From: a virus | Length of the DNA: 64,000 nt | Virus record (IMG/VR): IMGVR_UViG_3300044630_005137 | Span: 1-64,000 of that record | Strand: one strand, 5' to 3' | Shown here: piece after piece, positions 26,393 to 37,234 of the stretch | Layout: every line of letters starts with the position of its first letter | How positions within the stretch are numbered: the stretch's first letter is position 1 | Program-made: the position numbers and the translations under genes | The notes under the pieces: generated by a model | What the model saw: only the letters and a program-made list of their open reading frames with translations | Told to the model about the DNA's origin: nothing | The model's database searches: none

Positions 26393-28191
26393 AGTATTTC
26401 CATTCCACTTAATGCATCAGAAAGATCTCTTGGCATAGGAGATGGTGCTCTAATTAGATTAGGACTATCTACGACCAAAGACTCTCTATATTGTTTCTTA
26501 ACAGATGAATAGTCGTGTACTTCTATATCGCCAAACGCTGCTCTAGTTAAACTAATTGCATTGTAGATGGATCCACATACTGCATCAGCCAAGTCCTTAG
26601 AACCTTTTCTGGGGTGGTCGACCTTATCTCTCATAATTCTTAGCTCCAGCAATTCATCGACAAGGAGAGGTATGTGTGGCCCATTTAATCTTTCTTCCAG
26701 AACAACCATGGCCATATCATCGTAATGTTTTTTAGCTACAGATAAAGTTTCCGTGTTAATTCCATATTGCTTCAGCTGTTGCATCATGTCGTGGGAGTTC
26801 CATCTGTCAAATGTACATACCCTAATATTAAACCCTCTTGATCTTAAAGACAATATGTAATCTCTTACTTCGCTAAAGTCAACCGACTTGTCTGAAGTAG
26901 GAGTCCAATACATAACGGCATCCACTTTAACAATTGGTGCTGGCTGAGAATATGTGTCAGTAACCTTAACACTAACAAACTTTTCAATGTGAGCCATAGA
27001 CACAGCACAATGGTCATGCTTTTGAGCTAAGTCAACATGTATAAAATATTCTGTGTCATCTTTTGGCAAGAACCACTCTTCAAATCTTCCAAAGCTATCT
27101 ACCGCTACAGAAAGATCGTTAAAGGCCATTTCAATCTTTTCACGAGACTTAAAGAAGGCATCTATTGCTTCTGGTGGCATGCATGCAAATCTTCCTAGCG
27201 CATCAGTAACATCTCTATAGAAAGCAATTTTAAAATCTTCAATACTTCTTGTGGGATTAACTTCCCATGTTGGTCTACGAATTGCATATACTCTAGGATA
27301 CTTATAAGAAATTATTTGGTCTTCATCCCAAAATATATCAAACTCGTTGCCTACTGTGTTATCTGGCAAATCTGGATCTAACTTAAACCTATGTGACCTA
27401 GATATGACTTCTTTTTCAGATATGATGTCGTCATATCTTTGCTGAATATAATCATTTTTAAATCTTGGGAAAGAAAGAAGTATTACCTTGCCATAATCTG
27501 GAAAACGAGAATCTACAGATGCCCTGTACATATCATATATTCCGCTTCCTGTTTTTGCTTGATCATGACCGCTTGTGCTATCTAGTGCAAAGCCAGAAAT
27601 TTCATCGAGCACCGCAACCAATACGTTATATCCCTCGAAGGCTTCTCTTTCTGAGTGTCCAGAATACACTGTAACATTTTTATCAAACTTAATCTCTGAT
27701 GCTTTTTCAAAATACTTACCAGTAAACCAGGGTGAGTGAGTAACCCTGTTCTTAAATCCTTTAAAGAATACATTGTTTGCCTGTTGAGCGTTAATAGCAA
27801 TGTTAATAATATCTATTGAGTCTCCAGGTGGCTTTCCATAATATGACGCTGGGTCTCTTAAGCATAATAGTAAATATACTATATATGCAACTGATATGGT
27901 AGAACAATAATCTTTTCCACTGCCCTTACCTAATTGAGCAACAACTTCATTGGCTGTTTGCTTAAATCTTATAGATCCTTCTTTTTCACCAAATAATTTT
28001 ATTAATGTAGACTCTTTGTATATCTGAGATGATTTTTCAATAAGTGTGTATTGGTGTTCTGATAGATCGGGCAGACCTAAGTAATTTTTGTCTGTTACAA
28101 AAGTTCTTAAATCTACTGGTCTTTCATCAAACTCTTCGCCATCCAAGATATCGATGAGATCATTAAAATCAAATTCCACTGACTTCCTCAA
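26389..28191 (-). CDS. terL: terminase large subunit
   Basis: GKGSGKD Walker A, VAVLDE Walker B, HVDLA nuclease Asp, DHP..GSKDLADA. Confidence 0.9.
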   Translation of the reverse strand: MRKSVEFDFNDLIDILDGEEFDERPVDLRTFVTDKNYLGLPDLSEHQYTLIEKSSQIYKESTLIKLFGEKEGSIRFKQTANEVVAQLGKGSGKDYCSTISVAYIVYLLLCLRDPASYYGKPPGDSIDIINIAINAQQANNVFFKGFKNRVTHSPWFTGKYFEKASEIKFDKNVTVYSGHSEREAFEGYNVLVAVLDEISGFALDSTSGHDQAKTGSGIYDMYRASVDSRFPDYGKVILLSFPRFKNDYIQQRYDDIISEKEVISRSHRFKLDPDLPDNTVGNEFDIFWDEDQIISYKYPRVYAIRRPTWEVNPTRSIEDFKIAFYRDVTDALGRFACMPPEAIDAFFKSREKIEMAFNDLSVAVDSFGRFEEWFLPKDDTEYFIHVDLAQKHDHCAVSMAHIEKFVSVKVTDTYSQPAPIVKVDAVMYWTPTSDKSVDFSEVRDYILSLRSRGFNIRVCTFDRWNSHDMMQQLKQYGINTETLSVAKKHYDDMAMVVLEERLNGPHIPLLVDELLELRIMRDKVDHPRKGSKDLADAVCGSIYNAISLTRAAFGDIEVHDYSSVKKQYRESLVVDSPNLIRAPSPMPRDLSDALSGMEIL

Positions 28192-28705
28192 TAATCTCTA
28201 TTGGCTCAACAATTCCAGTAATTTGAGATAAACGTTTTGCAACTTCTAGCTTACATTTTGGGCAAGTCGCAGTTACTTCTTTTAATATCTTTACGAGCAG
28301 TTCTTGCTTTCTTTCTGACTCTGCTATTTGAGAAGCAATCTCGTTGTTTTCAAGCAGCCCAACATCTTGAAGCATGGCAACTTTTTTACCCTGTATGTCT
28401 GCTATTAATTTAAGTGTTGAGTTCTGTACATTTAACTGGCCCTGCATCTTTGCTTCTTTTGCTAGATCCCAAGCTTCGCTAATAAGCATTGCATAGTGTT
28501 GATCAGCCGCAGATATGGCTTCCTTTGCCTTGTCACGAGCACCAGAGTCGTTCTTTACAAACTCTTTCCATTCGTCAATATGCTCTAGAACCTCTGCTCT
28601 TTTAAGTCCAGTAGTTGTAGCAATTTGAGTTGGAGTACTTCCCTTAAGAAGTTCTTCAACTACCATGTTCATGCGATCAAAATGATCAGCTAATTCAATT
28701 TCCAT
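28169..28705 (-). CDS. HTH/coiled-coil protein, candidate terminase small subunit
   Basis: N-terminal HTH-like segment; immediately upstream of terL; promoter TTGCTA-17-TATAAT at 28714-28742. Confidence 0.6.
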   Translation of the reverse strand: MEIELADHFDRMNMVVEELLKGSTPTQIATTTGLKRAEVLEHIDEWKEFVKNDSGARDKAKEAISAADQHYAMLISEAWDLAKEAKMQGQLNVQNSTLKLIADIQGKKVAMLQDVGLLENNEIASQIAESERKQELLVKILKEVTATCPKCKLEVAKRLSQITGIVEPIEIIEEVSGI

Positions 28706-28722
28706 ATAGGTACATTATACTT

Positions 28723-29064
28723 CTAGTCGACTGAAATAGCAAATTCCTTGGCAACCTTTAATAGGATTAAATATCCAATTAGATCATCAATATCATTATC
28801 TCCTGGGTATTCTTCACCCTTAATAAGTCTATTTAATTTATCATCAATTCTAACGTATAGTTGTTCTTTTGGTCCCGCCTTAGAAAATATACGAACTGGG
28901 TCTAGGGCTGAATTTCCATACGATATATTCTTTTTAATTAGCATATGAGCAATGTCAAGACAGGTTGTTAAAATCTCATGCCCTGCTTCAGTTCCAACTG
29001 TAAGCAAATAAAGGTCATCGTATCTAAATTCTTTTGAGTCTTCAAAAATTGGTGCTGGTTTCAT
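28723..29064 (-). CDS. nucleotide-modification-associated domain 1 (DUF1599-like) protein
   Basis: KKNISYG..VRIDDKLNRL..DDLIGY. Confidence 0.7.
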   Translation of the reverse strand: MKPAPIFEDSKEFRYDDLYLLTVGTEAGHEILTTCLDIAHMLIKKNISYGNSALDPVRIFSKAGPKEQLYVRIDDKLNRLIKGEEYPGDNDIDDLIGYLILLKVAKEFAISVD

Positions 29065-29201
29065 TTTATTAATCCCTTTTCTTTTAAAGCTCTATATATG
29101 GTCATAACGGTTACGCCACACTCTTGCGCTATATTTTCCATAGTTTTTTTCTGTACTACATATCTTCTATAAAGCCAGTCTTTATTTTTATATAATTTCA
29201 T
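29061..29201 (-). CDS. 46-aa HTH protein (MKLYKNKDWLYRRY..IAQECGVTVMTIYRAL)
   Basis: hand-translated; ATGA overlaps on both sides. Confidence 0.75.
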   Translation of the reverse strand: MKLYKNKDWLYRRYVVQKKTMENIAQECGVTVMTIYRALKEKGLIK

Positions 29202-29788
29202 AGGTGATCCCATTTGAAATGCTTTCGATATGACTCTAAATCAATAACGTTTGGATCAACCCACCAATCTTCTGATTCTGTTCTAACAACAATTGAATAC
29301 CCAAGTGAGTCTAGTATTTCTCTTTGAACATCTCGCATTACAATATTTCTCCAATACATATTGGCATCATGCTCAAATGTTATAACCGTAAATCTATATG
29401 AGTTTAGCGGGACAGCCAAAAGTCCATGAAGGCTTGTGTATGCACTTCCGATGGATCTCCCGTTTCCCTGATACCCAGAATCAATATCCACCTGCAAATA
29501 ATCTATTTGTTTTGGGAATAAATTTTCTTCAAAGTAGGATATATAATTAAAATCTAAAGCGTCGCCCATACAAGGATTGGATCTATTTTCATTAAATTCT
29601 TTTCTAAAGTCTTCTCTTATTTCAAAAGAAACACCTTTCCAATCAAATTGCTTTTCTAATTTATTTGTGTTGCTTCCATTTTCTGAATGGAATGCTCCCA
29701 GCTCAACATAGTAGCCACCCTTTTTATTTTCAAGGAGGTCTAAAACAAACTCTTCCTGTGCGCTTATATCATTCCATATTTGTGTCAT
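29198..29788 (-). CDS. FkbM-like SAM methyltransferase
   Basis: YYVELGA..GSNT..LE..WKG, IDYLQVDID, ITFEHD, EDWWV. Confidence 0.8.
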   Translation of the reverse strand: MTQIWNDISAQEEFVLDLLENKKGGYYVELGAFHSENGSNTNKLEKQFDWKGVSFEIREDFRKEFNENRSNPCMGDALDFNYISYFEENLFPKQIDYLQVDIDSGYQGNGRSIGSAYTSLHGLLAVPLNSYRFTVITFEHDANMYWRNIVMRDVQREILDSLGYSIVVRTESEDWWVDPNVIDLESYRKHFKWDHL

Positions 29789-30351
29789 TTGTTTGTTAGG
29801 ACCTCTCTAGCGTAGTAAGCTATGCCAAATGCATCAGCCACATCAAAATCTTTTATATCTAATCCATGCTTTTTATTAAAGTAATCTGCCGTTCTTTGCT
29901 TTCTCATATTTCTTAATTGATTTTTATACCATGAATCTGCATATCCTGGATTTAGCAACCTTATAGATGCCTTCTCTTCCTTGGTTGGATTCTTATTTCC
30001 AATAAAGGCTTGCCAGGAACTTGGTGATATGGTTATAACAGAAGCTCCAGTAGACATTAGTTCAGCAATGACAACTCCATAAACATAAGATAATTTTATC
30101 ACAGCATCAGGTGATCTGACAAGTATCGCACCTTCAATTGCAATATAATCACTTTTTAGTTCATCTAGCATCATTGCTACTCTAGTTTTAGCATTATATA
30201 TTTTTTCATATATATCATTGCCTACTAAGTTAATCTTTCCCCACTTGACTGGCTTATCTCCTTCAATAAGACAAAAGGCGACAGAAGATGTTGATGCGTC
30301 TATTCCGAGAACCCTGCTTGCCTTAGTCCTAGATAGCTTCGCTAGCGTCAT
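29785..30351 (-). CDS. RuvC-like Holliday junction resolvase
   Basis: VLGIDAST, IAIE, DVADAFGIA. Confidence 0.85.
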   Translation of the reverse strand: MTLAKLSRTKASRVLGIDASTSSVAFCLIEGDKPVKWGKINLVGNDIYEKIYNAKTRVAMMLDELKSDYIAIEGAILVRSPDAVIKLSYVYGVVIAELMSTGASVITISPSSWQAFIGNKNPTKEEKASIRLLNPGYADSWYKNQLRNMRKQRTADYFNKKHGLDIKDFDVADAFGIAYYAREVLTNK

Positions 30352-30622
30352 TTATCATCCTCAATATTTTGTTTCTATCAGATTTAGAATTATCTTTTTC
30401 ACACTTAGAGCATATATCTAAAGTATTATATCTACTTAAAGATGCTTTGCATGACTTGCAGTATCTTTTTTGGCCAGATCTAATTGCTTTTTTCTCATAG
30501 TATTTTTCCATGATTTTTTTATTTGTTGCAACTCTGCAGCAATCATCACCACAATATTTTTGGTTATGAGTCTTTGGAGTAAACTCTTTACCATTTGGGC
30601 AATCTGAATTAGCGCATATCAT
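30329..30622 (-). CDS. Cys-rich zinc-finger protein
   Basis: multiple CxxC; QKYC. Confidence 0.75.
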   Translation of the reverse strand: MICANSDCPNGKEFTPKTHNQKYCGDDCCRVATNKKIMEKYYEKKAIRSGQKRYCKSCKASLSRYNTLDICSKCEKDNSKSDRNKILRMINDASEAI

Positions 30623-31410
30623 TATAAAGGCACCTTAAATCTTTCTATCTGAACTGTTCCAGTAGGTGTATCCTTTGAATAGCATTCCTTTTTAATTGGA
30701 CAATAAGTGCATGGCATTTTAGTTTTTGTTGCACCTTCTGGCTTCATAGGAAGGTCGCCATCTTTAAAATTATCCCAAACCTCTCTCATCCAAAGGAATG
30801 TGTCTTCAATAATCTTTGTGTTTCTTTCGTTCATTGATACTGGAATTATCAGTATCTCTTGAGTATTTTTATTCTCATACAGAAAAAATCCTTCTTTAGC
30901 ATTCTTAAGCTTCATGTAAGTTAACAGCTGAAGTAAGTGATTTGGCGATGGGCTCATCTCTGCCTGCCTTGTATCCCACACCTCTTGCTTTGCAGTCTTT
31001 ATTTCACCAATTACTGTTTCATTGTCATATTCCATTATTAGATCAATGAACCCACGGATTGGTGGATATTCGTTAACGATTTCTTCTTCTTCTGCAATCC
31101 ATTGCGGCATAGTTTTAATTAAGTTTTGAAGTCTTTCATGAGCTTGAGTTCCCTGAGCCATGTTTGCAACTGCAACTGCATCATTATTGTCAATAAATAC
31201 AGCACCCGAAAAAGCCATATACCAATACCTAGGGCATGTTCCATGACCATAACCTAAAGAGCTTGGGCTAAAAGACTTCTTAGTCATTTCTCCATCTGCC
31301 CTTTTAGTATTTTTATATGACTCGTCAAGCATTGATGCAAAAAGCTCTGGGTCAAAGAACTTACCAGTGTGCTTCTTAAACTTTAAATTTTTAACTATGT
31401 TTCTACCCAT
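30622..31410 (-). CDS. Cas4-like PD-(D/E)xK exonuclease
   Basis: CPR, GT.AH, GFIDL, EIKT, QLLTY, C.YCP...C Fe-S motif. Confidence 0.85.
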   Translation of the reverse strand: MGRNIVKNLKFKKHTGKFFDPELFASMLDESYKNTKRADGEMTKKSFSPSSLGYGHGTCPRYWYMAFSGAVFIDNNDAVAVANMAQGTQAHERLQNLIKTMPQWIAEEEEIVNEYPPIRGFIDLIMEYDNETVIGEIKTAKQEVWDTRQAEMSPSPNHLLQLLTYMKLKNAKEGFFLYENKNTQEILIIPVSMNERNTKIIEDTFLWMREVWDNFKDGDLPMKPEGATKTKMPCTYCPIKKECYSKDTPTGTVQIERFKVPL

Positions 31411-31748
31411 TACAAATTATACCTAACGACATACTTAAGTGCATCTACAAGTTTGTCTATGGACTCCTTTGCTGAATAATATATATTTTTCTTATTGTTA
31501 TTCGTGGTTCCCGCTTTATCTTTTGCTATTGTTGAATAGTAAGAAGCCATCATGGCAAACTTAGTTGACATTGCCTGCAACTCAATAATAAGCTGTGGGG
31601 CTTTAGCCGCAGGAACATCTGGGTTCAACAAAAGCTTTACGATAACAGCCAATGCTCTATCTAGCTGAGCATCATTCATGTACTCATGCAGATCATTGAA
31701 CTCGGTTATAGAGTTAATCAACTCTAATGTGTTTTTATCCTCTGTCAT
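31410..31748 (-). CDS. hypothetical protein
   Basis: ORF track. Confidence 0.75.
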   Translation of the reverse strand: MTEDKNTLELINSITEFNDLHEYMNDAQLDRALAVIVKLLLNPDVPAAKAPQLIIELQAMSTKFAMMASYYSTIAKDKAGTTNNNKKNIYYSAKESIDKLVDALKYVVRYNL

Positions 31749-31839
31749 TTTTAATCTTTTTATCCCATTTATCCATTAGTAAACCTACCCCATACCCAAC
31801 AACAAAGCCAAGCAGGGTGCCATATACAAAGTATATCAC
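31735..31839 (-). CDS. 34-aa membrane micro-protein
   Basis: hand-translated; GTG start overlapping ssb stop. Confidence 0.55.
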   Translation of the reverse strand: MIYFVYGTLLGFVVGYGVGLLMDKWDKKIKNDRG

Positions 31840-32231
31840 TAGAATGGAACCTCAGCATATGTTTTATATGAAGGGAAATCGTTGCTGCTTGGAGCCTTAT
31901 CTTTAGATAGTGTGTATGCTGTTACAGAAATAGAATCAGCATTGATCTCATATGAGGTTCGCTTTGTTCCTTCTTTATCTGTCCAGCTTTCTTCATAAAT
32001 CTTTCCTACAATAATAACTTCCATGCCCTTTTTAATTACAGACTTTGATTGCTCTGCAAGTGTGCGCCAAGCCTTTACTGTCCACCAAGAGGTGTTCTTA
32101 TCTTCCCACTCACCAGTAGTATCATTCTTAACACGATCATTTGTTGCAACTCTAAAACGAAGACCATTAGATCCTACAGTTTCTGGTTCGCTGCCAACTC
32201 TGCCTACGATTGTAATAATTGGATTAGCCAT
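31839..32231 (-). CDS. ssb: bacterial-type single-stranded DNA-binding protein
   Basis: ITIVGRVGSEP, FRVA, WEDK.TSWWTVKAW, C-terminal EVPF. Confidence 0.9.
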   Translation of the reverse strand: MANPIITIVGRVGSEPETVGSNGLRFRVATNDRVKNDTTGEWEDKNTSWWTVKAWRTLAEQSKSVIKKGMEVIIVGKIYEESWTDKEGTKRTSYEINADSISVTAYTLSKDKAPSSNDFPSYKTYAEVPF

Positions 32232-32532
32232 TTTTATTTTCCTCCCAAAATGTAATCAGTTCTTCTAAGACTGACCACTCTATGATTCCAAGACGGACCT
32301 TGGAATCCCCTCCTATAATAATTTTAAGAGCAGGATGCATGTCCCTGCTTACCTTAAAAGTATCTGTACAGATTTTAGCCCATACATCTTTGTTTAAAGT
32401 AAATGATGCTTTGGCCTCTTTGTAGTCTACTACAAAATTTTTCCATTTAGCATCACCTTTTTGATATTCACCGCGACCACTATTTTTTTGTGCCTTGGCG
32501 CCATCTCGTTTTACTTCTGCTCTCTCCGACAT
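32224..32532 (-). CDS. small PD-(D/E)xK endonuclease/resolvase-like protein
   Basis: NSGRG..KGDA..VDYKE. Confidence 0.65.
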   Translation of the reverse strand: MSERAEVKRDGAKAQKNSGRGEYQKGDAKWKNFVVDYKEAKASFTLNKDVWAKICTDTFKVSRDMHPALKIIIGGDSKVRLGIIEWSVLEELITFWEENKNG

Positions 32533-32723
32533 TAATTAAGCTTATGCTTTGTTTCATGTCCATTAGAGCATGTCCAATACATTTCTAATGTAGCTTGATT
32601 AAAATTATAAAATGGAGCAGACAACTCACATTTGCTACACGGTCTTTCTTGCTCTATTTTCTCAATCCTTTGATCTTGAACATCTTTAGGTTGAGAAGCA
32701 AAAAATTCATTAAGATTTGGCAT
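32532..32723 (-). CDS. small zinc-binding protein
   Basis: CSKC..WTCSNGH. Confidence 0.7.
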   Translation of the reverse strand: MPNLNEFFASQPKDVQDQRIEKIEQERPCSKCELSAPFYNFNQATLEMYWTCSNGHETKHKLN

Positions 32724-33714
32724 TTATTTCTCCTATTAATTTGTCTACAACATCTGGATTTTCCTTTAAATATGCCACAGCCTTTGCACGTCCTTGAAAA
32801 CGTTCTCCATTTACTGTATACCATGCTCCACCTTTTTCTATTATCCCGCACATTTCTGCAACGTCAAGGGTTTCTCCAACAAGATCTATGCCAAGTGACT
32901 CTCCTTGATAGTAGAAGTCGTATTGGCCAGAGAGGTTAGGGGGACCGAGTTTGTTATAATCAACAATCCAGTTAACGGGCCTTCCAACTCTTTGTTCAAT
33001 AATCTTGTCGCCAACCTTAACACCTGCTTTAATAGCATTAGCCTCAGCCTCTGAAGACCAGAGCTTGATAACGGTAGAGGAGAAGAACTTAACAGCCATT
33101 CCTCCTGTTGGGATGTGGCTGGCATGCATAGATCCAAACTGATTTCTTTGCTGCGATATAAGAACGAGTAGCGTATTTTTGTTTGCATAATTTAACATTT
33201 TGACTGCGTGGGTCATGTCCTTAGCTTCTGCGCCAATTTGCTTTGTGTCTTGCAAATCCTTCATTTCATTTCCATCTTTTTCAAAGTATATGGCTGGAAG
33301 AAGTGCTGAGATTGAATCAACTACAATTAGATCTACACCAGCCTCCATAAGTTTTGTTGCAACATCCACCATGTCATTAACAGTTTTAGCTGGTGAGTAT
33401 ATCAATTCTTTTGAGTCAACTCCCAGTTTCTCTGCCCATTCTGGATCATAAGAATGCTCTGCATCAATCCAAGCACAAGTCTTTCCTTCTTTTTGTGCAA
33501 GTGCAATCATTTGTAGACAGAACGAAGATTTTCCTGCTGACTTGTTTCCCCAAACTAATATCTGTCGACCATAGGCAAAGCCGCCATTTAAAGCAAAGGT
33601 TAATCCTATGCTTGGTGTTGGCTGCTTGTCTACTTGAATATCAACTGCAGACTGTACCCTTGCTCTAGTCTTAGGGTCAAGCTTTGCTAAAATATCATTT
33701 AGGTTCATTTCCAT
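32710..33714 (-). CDS. recA: RecA/UvsX-like recombinase
   Basis: GNKSAGKS, IDAEH, IVVDS, SQQR, TGG.A.KF. Confidence 0.95.
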   Translation of the reverse strand: MEMNLNDILAKLDPKTRARVQSAVDIQVDKQPTPSIGLTFALNGGFAYGRQILVWGNKSAGKSSFCLQMIALAQKEGKTCAWIDAEHSYDPEWAEKLGVDSKELIYSPAKTVNDMVDVATKLMEAGVDLIVVDSISALLPAIYFEKDGNEMKDLQDTKQIGAEAKDMTHAVKMLNYANKNTLLVLISQQRNQFGSMHASHIPTGGMAVKFFSSTVIKLWSSEAEANAIKAGVKVGDKIIEQRVGRPVNWIVDYNKLGPPNLSGQYDFYYQGESLGIDLVGETLDVAEMCGIIEKGGAWYTVNGERFQGRAKAVAYLKENPDVVDKLIGEINAKS

Positions 33715-33718
33715 TTAT

Positions 33719-33943
33719 TTATTCGTTAGCCAATTCGTAGTCAGATTTAAATCCTAGTGGCTCTAGCTTAAATTCAAATGACAAGCCTTCATCATTATAT
33801 GTAACTGAAAGTTGCATATCATCATTGGTTGTCTTCATAAAGTCTTCCGTTGATATTTCAACAGAACCTATTTTACTTAATATAGCCACTAAAACCCTAG
33901 AGGCGTTCATTGTTTTAAATACATCTTCTGCATTATATGTCAT
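33719..33943 (-). CDS. hypothetical protein
   Basis: ORF track. Confidence 0.7.
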   Translation of the reverse strand: MTYNAEDVFKTMNASRVLVAILSKIGSVEISTEDFMKTTNDDMQLSVTYNDEGLSFEFKLEPLGFKSDYELANE

Positions 33944-36900
33944 TTTACTTCCTTAACCATAAGTGTTCCATCTTCTAAAGTTTTTAGAACTGGCTCGCAT
34001 ATCATTCCTTCTCGCATTTTTGCCAAAGAAATTGGATACATGCTTGAAAATACAATTGCTCTATTTAGATTCTTATCTTTATCTGACATTACAAGGTGAG
34101 CCATGGTTTTGCCAGCTTTTGTTTTATATGGAGTATAGCTTATCACAAACCTTTGATTTTCGTCAATGGGGTAAGACTTTGCATATAAATACTTTACAAA
34201 TGGATCATCTGAATCTTTGGTAATAGAATCTACATCTATATATCTAGATATTCGATTGTCTCCAACTAAAACAAAATACATTTTGTTTGTTTCTATTTTT
34301 GTCTGCTCGATATCAAACAGTCCAACAGATCCACTTTCATCGACTAACTCTATTCGTGACCAGCCATTCCCACGCTTTATACTTTTAGCCATCCCAAACA
34401 TAACAAAAGATCCTAGCTCTTCAAACTCATCAATAGGTCTAGCTTGTGCCTTTACTCTTGGCTCTAAGTTGGAGAGGTTAAAGGAAGGTATTCCTAAAAA
34501 CTCGTAATAAGACTCTGCTTCTTTACCGCTTCTAGGGTTATCATCAAAAGCAGCGCCCCCAATAGCATTAAGAGAATTAACGGCCCTAGAGTTAATGCCG
34601 CTACCCTTTTTGGATGCTTTGTCAACAAAATCTTTATAGTTTTCATAAGGTCTCTTTTCAATAATTTTATTTGCAATGCTGTCTGAAATAAATTTAACTT
34701 CAGCTAAACCAAATCTAATTGAATCTTTTTGTAGTGAAAAATTTACATCTGATTCATTTACATGTGGCAGCTTAACTTTAATCCCAAGCCTCTTAGCCTC
34801 AATCAAATAGCCTGTTCTGGCGTCTTTGTCCCCTTCATTTTTAAGGATCGAGAATAAAAATTCCAAAGGATAATAGCACTTAAGCCAAGCGGTATAATAA
34901 GAAAGCATAGAATAAGCGACAGCGTGACTACGATTGAATGAGTATCCAGCGTGAGCTTCGAATGTTTTCCAGAGATTGTCTGCTTCTTCTGCGCTGATAT
35001 GCTTTTTAGCGCCCTGAATAAATTTATCTTTGAATGGACTGAGTTCTTTTGCATCTTGCTTTTTACCAATAACCTTTCTAACCTTGTCAGCCTCTGACCA
35101 AGTCATTCCTCCTAGGTGTACGCATGCTTGCATAACCTGCTCTTGATATATAATCACCCCGTATGTATTTTCTGTAAAAGGTTTCATAATTGGATGGATA
35201 TAATTAACTGCTTCATTACCGTGCTTACGCTTGATGTAAGAGGCTCCAACTGTATTCATAGCTCCTGGTCTAACCAAAGCATTTGATGCAGCTAAGTCTT
35301 CAAATTTATCGACACGCATTTTTATAAGTAAGTTTGTATATGGTGTTGCTTCTGCCTGGAATATTCCCTTTGTGTATCCATCGTTAAAAATCTTATAAAC
35401 ATTCTCATCATCTAAAGCAATGTCATAAAGATTAATGTCTTTGTCATATCTACTCTTAATTGATTTTAAAGTATCAGAGATCACAGATAAAGTCTTAAGA
35501 CCTAGGGCATCTAGCTTAATAAGACCTATATCTGCAACCGTATCCATATCGTATGCCACGACTGGAATTCTTCCAGAGACTTCATCATTTGCATCAGCTC
35601 TGGACTCTATTGGTGCGTACTTTCTTAAATCATCTTTTGCAACTACAACACCTGCAGCATGGACTCCAACACTTCGAATCTTTCCACGAAGTCTTTCTGC
35701 AAGCCAAGTTACTTCTGGATACTTTGCTCTAAACTCTTTTGTATTTGGCGAATCCATAAAGTCTTCAAATGTATCAATCGATTTCATTGCACGATTAACA
35801 TCTGAAAGTGGAACCATGAATACACGAGCAGCATCTCTAATTACACCCTTATCTTTAAAATAAGTATATGTAGAAATAGAAGCAACGTGCTTAAACTTTT
35901 TCTTTAGATAATCCTTTACCTCTTTGCGACGTCGGTCTTCAAAGTCTGTATCTATATCTGGGAAGTCATTGCGCTCTGGGTTAATAAATCGGAAGAATAG
36001 AAGATCATATTTAATTGGATCCACATCTGTAATTCCAAGGGCATAGCAAACTAATGATCCAGCTGCAGAGCCACGTCCTGGGCCAACCATAATATTATTT
36101 GACTTAGCCCATGTAATCATATCTGCTACAACTAGGAAATATGAAGCAAATGCCTTATCTTTAATTATAGATAATTCTTCTGCAATTCTATCCAGGTAGA
36201 CCTGATCTTTGTCTAGGGATAGTCTTTTAAGGCCTTCTAAGGCCATATCAGACAGTTTCTTGTCAGCATTGGTCTTTGGGATAGGTAGCAGATCTAGCCC
36301 CTCATGGAAGTCATACTCGCCAATTTTATCAGCAATCTCCATTGTATTATCATATATATCTGTACGAGTAATGCCTGACTTATTAAAGTCCGCCTCAATT
36401 TCAGACCTACTCTGAATAAATAGATTATAGTCTTGAAATGATATTCTACGGTCTGGATATAAGTAATTAAATCTATCAATCATGTCTGGCATTTGTCTGG
36501 ACATTTCAAAGTCTGCATCTTTATCTGACTTAGGAGATGTTGATAGAATAAGCATTGCTTCTTCTAATACTCTATCTTCTTCTTTAGCAAAGTGAGCATC
36601 TCCTGTTGCCACCGCTTTTATCTTGAGTTGATCAGCCAGCTCCAAAAGCTTTGAGTTGATTTCTGTCGGGTTATGAGATTGGACCTCAACGTAAAAGTCT
36701 TCACCAAAAGTTTTCTTAAAGTCTTGAAGTACAAGTTTTGCTTCTGAGAATTCCTGGCGTTCAATAGCCTTACTAATAAGCCCGTTAAGGCATCCAGACA
36801 ATACAATAATACCTTCTGCATACTCTTTCAATACCTCTCTATCAATACGTGGCTTATGATAAAAGCCTTCTGTCCATGCAAGCTCCTGAAGGGTGTTGAT

Positions 36901-37209
36901 ATTCTCTAGACCCTTTTTATTCTTAGCTAAAAGAATAATATGGTTATAGGCCTGAATTGATTTATCTGTCTTTGAAGACCTATCAAATCTATCTGTTGGA
37001 GAAATGTATGCTTCCACTCCAAGAATTGGCTTGATTCCTTGCTCTTTACATGCAATTTGCATTTCACGGTGTGAAGATAATGTTCCGTGGTCAGTAATAG
37101 CCAGAGAAGTCTGACCAGCTTCTTTCGCAGCCTTTACAAGTTCGGCAGGAGAATTAAGCCCATCCATTAATGAATAGAAAGAATGCACATGCAAATGTGT
37201 AAAGTTCAA
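33940..37209 (-). CDS. dnaE: DNA polymerase III alpha subunit (family C)
   Basis: HLHVHS..SLMDG PHP, GRGSAAGS, PDIDTDF, KLDALGL, YSFNRSH. Confidence 0.97.
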   Translation of the reverse strand: MNFTHLHVHSFYSLMDGLNSPAELVKAAKEAGQTSLAITDHGTLSSHREMQIACKEQGIKPILGVEAYISPTDRFDRSSKTDKSIQAYNHIILLAKNKKGLENINTLQELAWTEGFYHKPRIDREVLKEYAEGIIVLSGCLNGLISKAIERQEFSEAKLVLQDFKKTFGEDFYVEVQSHNPTEINSKLLELADQLKIKAVATGDAHFAKEEDRVLEEAMLILSTSPKSDKDADFEMSRQMPDMIDRFNYLYPDRRISFQDYNLFIQSRSEIEADFNKSGITRTDIYDNTMEIADKIGEYDFHEGLDLLPIPKTNADKKLSDMALEGLKRLSLDKDQVYLDRIAEELSIIKDKAFASYFLVVADMITWAKSNNIMVGPGRGSAAGSLVCYALGITDVDPIKYDLLFFRFINPERNDFPDIDTDFEDRRRKEVKDYLKKKFKHVASISTYTYFKDKGVIRDAARVFMVPLSDVNRAMKSIDTFEDFMDSPNTKEFRAKYPEVTWLAERLRGKIRSVGVHAAGVVVAKDDLRKYAPIESRADANDEVSGRIPVVAYDMDTVADIGLIKLDALGLKTLSVISDTLKSIKSRYDKDINLYDIALDDENVYKIFNDGYTKGIFQAEATPYTNLLIKMRVDKFEDLAASNALVRPGAMNTVGASYIKRKHGNEAVNYIHPIMKPFTENTYGVIIYQEQVMQACVHLGGMTWSEADKVRKVIGKKQDAKELSPFKDKFIQGAKKHISAEEADNLWKTFEAHAGYSFNRSHAVAYSMLSYYTAWLKCYYPLEFLFSILKNEGDKDARTGYLIEAKRLGIKVKLPHVNESDVNFSLQKDSIRFGLAEVKFISDSIANKIIEKRPYENYKDFVDKASKKGSGINSRAVNSLNAIGGAAFDDNPRSGKEAESYYEFLGIPSFNLSNLEPRVKAQARPIDEFEELGSFVMFGMAKSIKRGNGWSRIELVDESGSVGLFDIEQTKIETNKMYFVLVGDNRISRYIDVDSITKDSDDPFVKYLYAKSYPIDENQRFVISYTPYKTKAGKTMAHLVMSDKDKNLNRAIVFSSMYPISLAKMREGMICEPVLKTLEDGTLMVKEVK

Positions 37210-37234
37210 CTTAATTCTCCGCCTATACTCTCTC

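Noticed and set aside
30622-31410. Cas4 as evidence of a CRISPR-Cas system
   Set aside because: Stand-alone Cas4-like exonuclease in the recombination operon; no cas1/cas2 or array seen
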